NCBI GenBank assembly: GCA_013239625.1
Contig: MU053821.1
Span: 59,943-79,942, forward strand
Direction: 5' to 3'
DNA length: 20,000 bases
Source: Lama guanicoe
Lineage: Eukaryota
The position numbers were made by a program, and so were the translations under genes. Below the pieces are notes generated by a model. It was given only the letters and a program-made list of their open reading frames with translations, searched no databases and was not told the origin of the DNA. Position 1 is the first letter of the stretch. Each line of letters opens with the position of its first letter. Positions 10,331-20,000 of the stretch are shown here, one piece after another.

Positions 10331-10849
10331 TGGCCATGAGTATTGTGATTGCTATTATTGTTATTATATAATCTGGCCCCTGTTTGCCTCTCAATGTTTA
10401 TCTCCTGTCAGTTTCTTCCATTCTACGGAAGCCCCAGTGAAATGAAGATACTTCTCGCCCTCTGTGTGTACTTGAAGATTCTATGCTTTCTTATCGTTGC
10501 CTTGCTGTGCATAGGCTGAGTAACCACTTGGAAGGGATGTTGTAGAGGTGAATTCAAGCCACAGAAGGGAACTGCGTTGCATGAGATCACCTGTAAATTT
10601 CCTTCTAGCTCTAAGTTCCCGTTGAATCAACAAGGTGGATGGGAGAGTTCACAGCAAAGTGTCCAACATTCTTGAAAGTGTTCTTGACTCTCCTCTGCTC
10701 TCCTCATCCTGTTACCTCCTTTGGAGCACACAAGCTGGGGGAGCCTTTTGCTCTGTTGTACAACACACAACAGGCACAAAATGGAGCTACCAAGGCTGGG
10801 AACCTGGAAAAAGACTACAGTAAGGAAGAGATGGGCCTCCCAGGGAGGA

Positions 10850-11030
10850 CTAGGTAGCTAGACCTGGGTAGACACATCTCGAGCAAGCTGCTCAATTTCT
10901 CTGAGCCTCAGTTTCTTCAGCAGTAAAATGAGGATACTAGAACCCACTGCATAGGGTGAGCATTGAATCAGATACTGGACACAAAGGGCTTTAACAGAGG
11001 GTTGACATACAGCTAGTCCATTAAATATCA
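10850..11030 (+). mobile_element. MIR SINE
   Basis: gagcaagctgctcaatttctctgagcctcagtttcttcagcagtaaaatgaggata is a MIR core. Confidence 0.75.
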
Positions 11031-11869
11031 TCTCCCTGTCACCAAGGGGACTCGGGCTGCGTCTTCAAGGGGATTGAGATGAACAGATGGAGCTTGCGGG
11101 GTCACAGGGGACAGTGGGTTGAGGCAGGTGGGGGCAGATGGCAGGAGGCCCTGACACACAGACAGAGGGATCTGGGCCTGAGAAAGCAAAGAGTTTAGAG
11201 CCTTGCTTTGTCCCCATTTCTCCTTCTCTACTCTGGTCGCTGCTCTGGACAAAATGTAATAGGTTAAAAATAGTAGGACTATTTGTCATGAACTCAGACT
11301 TCAAGGGTTGCTTCCCTAGTTTTGGAAAGAGCTCACATCTGTCCCGAGCCCACCTGGAAAGCAACATAAAACACCATGTGCCCTGGCATGGCTTCATGGT
11401 TCCAATGGGCACAGGGTTGGAGGCAGCCACCTTCCAGAACAGGCTCTCTTGGTGCAGTTTTCACAGCACCTGTGGCTCCTGAGTTGAAGAAGGTATGGCC
11501 AGTGGGTGACATGTGGGCCGTCTGTTCAGTTTTCACTGGAGAGTTCAGAGCTTGGAGTGTACAATGCTACCTGGAGGTGCCAATTCTTTAGTGTTGTGTC
11601 CAGCATATGGTAACCTACCTATAAATGATAGTGTCTATGAGGCAGGATTTATCCCTGACATCTGAAATATTAATACTGAAAGGAATGAATTATGTGGAAA
11701 GAGAGCACAGTGACTAGTATCACAGATTCCGTGTGTATTCAATTAGCTTCTACACTGGCACAAGCCAGTCGCAGGCCATGCCTTAAGTGTTTACTGAGCA
11801 ACTACTATATACCAGGCATTGTGGGAAACAAAGCAGCCTGCCTCATGCTCTTCTGAGTGAGTCTCAGGC

Positions 11870-12090
11870 ATAGACTTGGAGCCCAGGGGTGAAGACTTTT
11901 CTGAACCTCTTAGCATCAATATTACAGAGTGGCTACTGGCTGAGTTATCACAACACTGGGTCTCTATGCCTTAGTTCCCCCATCTGTAAATCTCTCTTCA
12001 AAGAAAGGCTGTGGATATGAAAGGCGGAAACATAAAACTCTTAGACAATGTCTCACTCTTACAAGTTCTCAGCCAATGGGAGGTGCTATT
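11870..12090 (+). mobile_element. MIR SINE (degenerate)
   Basis: tctctatgccttagttcccccatctgtaaa core motif. Confidence 0.5.
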
Positions 12091-12219
12091 TTCAATCTCC
12101 TGGAAAACCAGCAGAAGATCTCAATTTTAGTAGTATTTTATGAAAATTTGGTAATATAAAAATCTCAAATTTCAAATAATACTAAAGACTAAGTTACTTT
12201 ATTTTTTCAACCTTTTACA

Positions 12220-12370
12220 GTAATAATAATTTAAGAAGTGCTTACTATCAATATGGTTTCGAAGTATTTTAGCCTCTCAATGATCCTATGTGGTAGGTAT
12301 AGAAATTATCCCATTTCACAGATAAGAAAATTCCTGCACAGAAAAATTAACAGGCCAGGGTCACACAATT
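12220..12370 (-). mobile_element. MIR SINE fragment
   Basis: atcctatgtggtaggta..aattatcccatttcacagataagaaaa...ccagggtcacaca is an antisense MIR core. Confidence 0.7.
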
Positions 12371-12553
12371 TTTAGAAATATTCCTTTAGTTTTCATTTTC
12401 TTCCATCTACCTCCCACTTCCCCTGCCATTCTCTCTAGATTCCTGACAAGACGACAACTCAACCCAGTATGATAGACTCTCTTCCTGTCACCAAGCTGCC
12501 TTCCTTGTTACCCTTCATGTCTGTCCGTATCTAAACACAGCAAGAAGCCTGCT

Positions 12554-13115
12554 TGTTACCAAATTCGAAAAATGCTCCGGGCATTTACAGATTTCCACTC
12601 CTCCATCTCCTTTGGATACATTGCTCTGCAAGACCTAACTCTTTCTAAGGAAAAGACCTTGAATATGTAAACAAAGAACAAAGAGTCTTTTTTGCTCAAC
12701 TCCCCCCCCCTCGGAACCCCCACCACAAAAACCTGATGCAGTTACTGACTGACAGGGAGGAAATTAAGGTGACAACAGGATGCTCTGTGCTTTGGACAAG
12801 CAGGAACCTAAGTAGTTAAGATGCATACCTCAGGAAGAATTTTAACAAACCCAGATTCTTGCATCATCCCAGAGAGAAGCACTATAACCATTAACTTGGA
12901 ATATTTTTTCATTGTGTTAGCAGTAATCTTTTGTCAAAGTATATGCTTGAGTGCATATATTCTATAGCCAAAAATCACATATAAACTGGTCTCCCCTACA
13001 TCTTCAAAACAGATTCCACTGGGCTACTGTGCAGTTATTTCCCAGGCTCTAGTTTGCAGGATGATACTGAATAAAACAAGCTAACAACTAATGTTATGTG
13101 TTTTGCAGGTGTACA
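12554..13115 (+). mobile_element. Probable solo ERV1-type LTR
   Basis: TGTTACC...GTGTACA termini, TATAAA 12980-12985, AATAAA 13070-13075 followed by a short GT-rich U5. No clean TSD. Confidence 0.65.
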
Positions 13116-14219
13116 GGCACATGCAGCAATAAGTAAGGAGCACCTGGTAAAGGTGGTCCTTAGTAAATGAGAGACACTGAAGAGTAAAGAAGTGACTTGT
13201 ATAGAAATGGGGTCAGTACAATGCAGCAATTAGCTGAAACCTGCCAGAAATCCACTCTGTACCATCCTTTCTGTTTCTCAAACACAGTGACTCTCAGGCC
13301 TGTCAACTAGCACAGGGTTAGGGGGATGTGGAACCAGGGAGGTTACATCCTATTGTGTTGTCACAAAATGGTCCAGCATCCCCATTCATGAACTGGGAAC
13401 CAGAGGGTCACTTGTCCCAACCCTCTTCCTGTTCCATGAAGAAGGAAATCAGGTCGACAAAGATGGGGAAGTCAGAGGTGCTTCTGCAGTGGCTTTTAAG
13501 GGTCTATGCAACAGCTGATTAATCCTGAGTGAGACAAAATCCTTAGCCATAAATACGATTATAAAGGATTTCTGGAAAAATTTTCTCAGGATGCAGAGAT
13601 GGGAGGATTATTGTGCACAGTGTCTAATTCTATACCATCAAAACCTGGCTACTTTCCCTTTCACATGCCACCTTGAGGCCCCCAGAATTGTTTTTGTAAC
13701 TAATTTCATTAGTAAGGGGGGGAGAGGGGTGTCTCTGGTCCTCAGAGGGTCATCCATTTTGAAATTACCCTCTTTACGTAAATCTTCCATATTTCCTGAT
13801 GTAACTCAGAAACCCATTTCAAAACTGTTTCCTACTGAAAAGACTCCCTTCAAAATACAGAGTCTGGTCTTAAAATTAGTGTTCAACTTTTAAAGATAAT
13901 GGCATTACAACCTTTGGCCTTCAACACGGGCTTCCTCAGCAATGCTTTTATAATTTGGACAAATAAGGAAGAGGAAAGTAAAAGAACTTCCTCCTTGTCA
14001 GGCAGCTCAAGTCAATAGCAGGGCTTGAACTTGACTTACTTTTCTAAGCGAGACTTTGCAAAGTCCGTATAAATGAACCGCCAACCAGCATATATTACAG
14101 TTACTTGATTTGAGTGCTCCCAAAAAGTACAGCGGTGAAAAGATAGGCATGTTTCAGTAGGAAAACTCTTTTCTTCAAGCACTTAAAGGTGCTCTACCTC
14201 CCACCCACGTCTAGGAGAA

Positions 14220-14760
14220 TGCAAGCGAGGAGATAAAGAGGGTCGGGGTGGGGCGAAGGCGCTCCACTGGCCTAAAAGACGAGTCAGAGGACTTGCACCC
14301 CGCAGTGGGCGATGCCAGCGGGCCGAAACCGCACCCTGGCTTGGGATTCCGCATCAGACAAAGCCAGCTTCGCATAGGTACCACCAAGACCCTTAGTTAT
14401 CACACTTGGGTCCCCAGGAGCAGTTTTGCGAGGCTGCTGCTGCCAAAATCTATTATGGCAGAACGGACAGAAAATGCTCCCCCACACCATCCCCTAAGGC
14501 CAGGCCGGCCGGATGCCATTCTGGAGAAACGGCGCGAAGGGGTTAAGCGGGCGGGCGGGTGACGTCTCCTCATTTACATAGAAGCGCGCATATAGCGGCG
14601 TCCGCCGCGCCCCGCCCGACACTAGGCGGCTGCCACTGCGTAGATTGGACTTGGCTCGCTCGCTTCTCGCTCCGGTGAGTCCCGGGGCCCATTCCTCCAC
14701 CCCAGCGCTTCCCTTCCCTACTCGCGGTCGTCCTCTGGCCATCCACATCCCTGAAACTGA
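14220..14760 (+). promoter_or_regulatory. CpG-island promoter of the thymosin beta-4 gene
   Basis: CpG-dense segment in an otherwise CpG-poor window. GC boxes (gggcgggcggg ~14549-14559), CRE-like TGACGTCT 14560-14567, octamer-like ATTTACAT 14572-14579 and TATA-like catatag 14589-14595, ~27 nt before the inferred TSS. Confidence 0.8.
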
Positions 14761-15668
14761 GCCCGACTGGTCCTCCCGGGAAAGGCTGCCCTGAGGAGCT
14801 TGGGGATGCCAAACCTTTCCAGAGGCTGGGTAACGGGGTCGGGAACTTGGTGATTTTTTTTTTAATAAAAAAGGAAAGAAAAAAACCAGGCGTTTTGTTC
14901 GGAGAGAACATTTTTTTCTTTTTTTCCTTCCCCGCCAAAGGCATTCTTCATTGCCTCTTAGGCGGTGATTAATCAGCAATACAAAAAGCCTTTGTTGCAA
15001 CTGACACCCACCCAATCCCAGAGCTGCATTTTTCCTCGCCTCCGAGGGCTTCGTGGGCTGTATCTGTCCAGGTTTCAGGCAGCTGGGCTATATTGTGAAA
15101 CGTTTAAGACGTCCTTCTTGCAGGGTCAGGCGTGCAGAGCTGCCAAATGGCCCCTAAATGCAGAGCAGAATTGATATAGAGGGTGGGGGAGAAGCTTTGT
15201 GTGCGGGTGGCTGCATTGTTGAGAGGGTGAGAGGAAGCGGGTAGGGCGGTGGTCGGTGGCGCCCGGCAGCAGCTGCCGCCTTTGTAACAAGAGAAGGAAG
15301 CAGGACGGCCGAAGTCTTTGGGAGAGAGGCTACAGATAGAAAATGGAAACACTTCGTGCAACCTTGGCTCGATTTTAAGAAATTATACTGGATTTTCTTT
15401 CCCTTAAATTTGAAATAGCTTCGCTATTCTCTCCTTTTGATACTTTGCAATTAATTCAGGATGGTTAATTTCATTGTTCCCAGAGATTCGGCCTCCCAAT
15501 TTGGTCCCCCGCGTTTTGAAATAATAAAGGGGGAGGTCTTTTGTTTGTTTGTTTCTTCTTACTTTTTTTCCCCTGTAGAAAGAGGAAGATCTTAAACCCT
15601 GAATAAAAGCGGAAGGAAGCCAAGTGGGGTTTCAGGTTGTAGATGCGAGAGCAGAAGCGCAGTTCTGA

Positions 15669-15863
<195 letters not shown>

Positions 15864-16263
15864 TAGAAAAGGCTGGGCGGGAGTGGCGGCGTGGGTAGGA
15901 GAGGACGGGACGGGCAGGAAGAATTGGGGTTGGGGGTAGGGAGTGCGGGGGAGAAGCGGCCAGTTTTTTGATGAATGTGGCTTGTAAAGGTTAATTTTTA
16001 AATGTTTTGCAGCCAAGAAAAACAGGGCTTTAGTAATTTAGTAGTAGAATGTTTAATTTCTACCATATTCATAATGCAAATCCTTTTAACGTGTTCTATG
16101 TAATATAAATACTTAAGGATGGAGTGCTTATTTATACGTATAGATTTTTATGCGAAGGAAGGATATTTTTAAACAGAAGTACTGTAATCCTATAGTAGGC
16201 TGTGCTTAATTCCCATAATCAGCCCCCTCCATCATCTTCTCTCTTTTTCTTTTCTGGTCACAG

Positions 16264-16298
16264 CAATTGAACAGGAGAAGCAAGCAGGCCAGTCGTAA
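16264..16298 (+). CDS. TMSB4X/TMSB4Y: Thymosin beta-4, coding part of exon 3 (T-IEQEKQAGQS-stop)
   Basis: Polypyrimidine tract and cag| acceptor at 16263. The phase-1 junction restores ACA (Thr); TAA at 16296-16298 is followed by TGA. Spliced CDS is 135 nt = 44 aa. Confidence 0.96.
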
Positions 16299-16326
16299 TG
16301 AGACGTGCGCCAACAATATGTACTGT

Positions 16327-16334
16327 ACATTCCA
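16327..16334 (+). promoter_or_regulatory. miR-1/miR-206 8-mer seed site in the 3'UTR
   Basis: ACATTCCA is the complement of the miR-1/206 seed GGAAUGU plus A1, ~30 nt after the stop codon. Confidence 0.7.
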
Positions 16335-16668
16335 CAAGCGTTGCCTTCTTATTTTACTTTTAGCTGTTTAACTTCGTAAGATGCAAAGAGGTTGGATCAA
16401 GTTGAAATGACTGTGCTTCCCCTTTTCTCATCAAAAATGGTGAACTACTGACAACGAAGGCCATGCCTGCCTCTCCCATCTGCCTGTCTGGCAGGCAGGG
16501 AAGGAAAAACTTTTGAAGGAGGAAGTTGGGTGGGTCAACAGTGAAATCTACAGTGAAATAGAAGCTGATCCAAGGTGTCCTGCAGGCTGTAAAATGCAGT
16601 TTAATCAGAATGCCATTTTCTTTCTCTTAAAATGATTTTAATTGAAATGCACAATTTTTTAATAAGCA

Positions 16669-16674
16669 AATAAA
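16669..16674 (+). terminator. Polyadenylation signal AATAAA of the thymosin beta-4 mRNA
   Basis: AATAAA in gcaAATAAAaagctttaaaaacc, at the position matching the known 3' end of Tbeta4 mRNAs. Confidence 0.85.
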
Positions 16675-18474
16675 AAGCTTTAAAAACCTGGCTGGTATGA
16701 CTGATGTCTGGAAGGGACTAGCTTATTCTCAAGTGAAGTCTTTGCAAAGAGGACTGCCTCTTGGTCTCACTGGGAAGAAATAAATGACAAATAACCTGAT
16801 GATTGGGGTAAATTCTCCTGCAGCATGGAAGAGGGATTCATCCAGTATACTAAATACATTTTCTAGACTACCTACTTGGGAGGTTATTTTCTTACACTGG
16901 CTGAATGGAAGCTATATAGAAGATTTATTAAAAATATGTTTACAATCTTACAGGTTTTGATAAGTCAACATTTATTTTATATAACAAAGTAAGTGAAAGT
17001 AGAGGTATATACAGGAAAATATTTCCAATATCAAATTAAGCTTACTTAACCAGTTACTGGCTTTGGAACAAGTAGAATTTAAGCAGGCTTGTCAGGCAAA
17101 TAATGGGTGAAAGTTGCATTTTTAACACAGCCTGAAAAAAGAATTTGGTATTTGTGATTCCTCATTGTCTAATGGCTGACTTTTAACTAGAATTCCACAT
17201 TTAAATTTTTTTAAAATAAGATACATGTATGTTTGATTTAATATGATTTTAGGATAATTAAATTCTATTAATTTGAATAGTTTGAAATCTTTGGATTAAA
17301 AGGATGACTGATACCAGTGATGTGAGCTAGGTTAATTGAACATGAATTAATTGGCTCCTTTCTAGGCTTTCATTAAGTCTGATAATCCTCTATTATTTGA
17401 CAAGCTTTCAATAATAGGATACAGTAAAACCTTGTGTTTGATCATGTAATGAGAAAGAAGAGAGTTGCCTTTTTTTGTAAACCGTAGTCTTAATCATTAA
17501 TGGATTCCCAGGTTCTTTGAAGAAGGGTGCAGACATAGACAATTTTAAAAGGTAGTTTAAGCAACAGCTCACCTTTAATTTACACTCCAAATGACCAAGA
17601 AGTTAAACATTTTCCCCAGAAACTTGAATTCTGAAGATAACGTTTCTAAAAGTCAAGAGTGGGAATAACAGTGGGGTAGAAGGTGGGTACATGTCATTGA
17701 TGATTAGTAAACTAGTTAATTTCATTTCCTTTGCTCAACACATATTTTAAGAAATGCACAGGAAACCATGTACCTGTGGTTTAGACAACCAGAACATCAG
17801 TTACAAATGTTTATCTGCTTTGCAAGGGAAGGAATGGGTACCCATGGCTGCAAAACCTAAAGTGCTACAGCTTACCTGAGGAGAAAAGACCAAAGCAGTG
17901 AACACAAAGTTCTGAGAGTCTTCTTAAAATGGAGATGGGTCCTCCAGCCCTGTAGCTTTTTTTCCCTCCTGCAAGGGAGGGTATACCAAGATGAAAATTC
18001 TCAAGGCAGAAATATAAATGAAGACCACTTAGGTTTCAAAATTTTCAAATCACACAAAGATAAATTGAGATAAGAAAGGTATGGTAAGACATTGTCACAA
18101 ATCAAATGTTCCTCAGTTTAATTAAAAATAAGTAGATAACTGGGGAGCAGGATTATTCATGAGGTCAAGTAAAGGCAAAGAAGACATTTTCTTCCCTTGG
18201 AGAAAAAAGCTAAAATGCAGCTAAATAAATAAGTAAATAAGTAAAATTCCAGTAATGATTGAATTTGGGCTATTTGATATGTGGGGTGGGAAATGCAGCC
18301 TAAATCAGATTCACTCTGTATACTTAATTTCCACACATGACTGGTGGTTTGGGGGAACTACATTTTAAAGTTTGATGTAAAGAGGGAAGAAAAAATTCCC
18401 ATAGGAATGGGAGAGAATTTTCACAGAACAGTTAGGGGTATTTATGAATCAACATGGAAATTTATTCTTTTGCT

Positions 18475-19047
18475 TTTGCAGAAAAATGTGTTACAGCGCG
18501 GTGCTACAGCTTAGTCATGACAGCAACCTGGATCTGGGTGAGAGACCAAGCAGCACTCAGGGAATTGGAGAACTCAGGTTTATTACACCAGCAGGTGCAG
18601 AGGAGTTAACACTCCAAGCTCTGGATCTTGTTTGTAGGTTTGCACAGGCCTTTACAGGCTGCTAGTTTACAATTTGCAACATCATATGCAAATAAAGTAT
18701 AACAAAAGTTGACCGACTAGGAGCAAGCTTTGTAGAAATAGACCAATCAGGAGTGAGAGAAATAACCAATCAGGAGTGAGCTCCATGCAAATGAAGTACT
18801 ACAAATGGGCCAATCAGAAGTTAGGAAAGTGGACCAATCAGAACTGAGAGTAATAACCAATCAGGAGTGAAGGAAATAACCAATTAGAAGAGAGCTTGGA
18901 ACCAATAGAACTTTAGGGGTAAGTAAGCCGTTTCAGAGGCAAAAAGTGAGATAGAGCCTCTGGGCCAGGGAACTGGTTGGTGCTGGCAGGAGAGTAGTGG
19001 CTCTGCTTGGGGGTCCTGCTGGTCTTTTTATGGGGCTTCCCGCCGCA
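18475..19047 (-). mobile_element. Solo LTR, same family as the provirus LTRs (variant U3)
   Basis: Colinear with 2009-2529 and 8001-8525. TSD TGCT at 18471-18474 and 19048-19051 (assuming one G lost from the terminal TG). Seven CCAAT boxes and two ATGCAAAT. Confidence 0.93.
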
Positions 19048-19390
19048 TGCTATTTAGGAGCTTGGAGTGAACAGTCTTTCTTGGGACAAAAAGGGGATAT
19101 GAAATTTACAGTTAAAATGAAGGATCCTGCCAAATGAAGTCTTGTCGTTGGAATCTTGATCACATCCTGAGTCACATAACGTCTTTAAATACAAGAGGAA
19201 AATCTGTTTTATTTCCCCCAAAGCAGAAGCTAGCTCCTCAAGATGTAAAAATAAAATACTTTCTTGTTACTTCTAAGTTTATGGGGCTAAATTCATACTT
19301 TAAAAAGAACTATGTTCTGGAAATAACCCCCACATAAAGATTAAGCATTATGAGCCTTAGTGCTGGAATTCAAAATACACTGCTTAGTAA

Positions 19391-19770
19391 TTAGAGTAGT
19401 AGAATATGTTAACCCCCAAATATGTCACTTTGATATATTAACTATTTTGACACTTGAGAAACAGCAAATGCAGGGAGAAGTTTTCACTGACCAGCTGTCA
19501 TCTGCCTAAATGCAGATCCTCCAAATTGAACACAGTTGTTATCAGCCCTTCCCCACCCCAACCCCAGGGAGTTTCATTAAAAGAAAGATTTGACTCTTGT
19601 TATAACAGGAGAAGACACTAGAAGACAAAACCACACTTAAAGCTATCACAAACTATCACACCTCTCATCTACTATTCATAGGGCCCAGTCAAAAAAAAAA
19701 CCCCTTTATTCCCTACTGAGAGGCCTACAAATTACTTCCCTTTTCCCATTAAGATAATATTTAATACTGG
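19391..19770 (+). mobile_element. MER34-like LTR fragment, interrupted by L1
   Basis: agaatatg..accccc aaatatgtcactttg...tattttga...ttgagaaacagcaaatgcagg resembles the 5' end of MER34-family LTRs (from memory). Confidence 0.7.
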
Positions 19771-20000
19771 ATTTTATTTATTTTTTTTAACATTTTTATT
19801 GATTCATAATCTTTTACAGTGTTGTGTCAAATTCCAGTGTTCAGTACAATTTTTCAGTCATACATGGACATATACACACTCATTGTCACATTTTTTTCTC
19901 TGTGATTTATCATAACATTTTGTGTATATTTCCCTGTGCTATACAGTGTAATCTTGTTTATCTGTTCTACAATTTTGAAATCCCAGTCTATCCCTTCCCA
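19771..20000 (-). mobile_element. LINE-1 3' end (camelid-like), runs off the window
   Basis: T-rich tail at 19772-19788, minus-strand AATAAA 19800-19795, then the cetartiodactyl L1 3'UTR pattern (ttccctgtgctatacagt..aatcttgtttatct..tcccagtctatcccttccca). Confidence 0.85.

Noticed and set aside
14248..15361. Several 70-170 aa ORFs in the promoter and intron 1
   Set aside because: Expected from stop-poor GC-rich CpG-island DNA; no domain-like content.
18700..18910. CRISPR-like regularly spaced repeats
   Set aside because: Eukaryotic LTR enhancer tandem units without unique spacers; no cas genes.

Overview
Mammalian genomic DNA, probably camelid judging by the L1 3' end at the right edge (recognised from memory, not searched). 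The only host gene is an intact, spliced, 3-exon thymosin beta-4 gene on the + strand. It has a CpG-island promoter at ~14.2-14.8 kb and CDS join(15744..15843,16264..16298), 44 aa. The protein ends AGQS instead of the canonical AGES. That change, UTR divergence and ~45% LTR-derived DNA in the window suggest a Y gametolog (TMSB4Y) rather than TMSB4X. A 6.5-kb defective class I (gamma-like) provirus lies on the - strand at 2009-8525, with a GTCT target-site duplication, tRNA-Thr PBS, PPT and LTRs ~17% diverged. Gag is fused to the end of RNase H by a deletion of NC/PR/RT, and IN and env are decayed. The provirus also appears to carry two decayed non-canonical ORFs: a ~158-codon pre-gag ORF and a 66-codon two-TM ORF between pol and env. 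It has a tandem duplication of the p12/CA cleavage region. A solo LTR of the same family (18475-19047), other solo LTRs, MIRs, a MER91-like element and an L1 3' end fill the rest. Most ORFs in the supplied track are spurious or ERV fragments.
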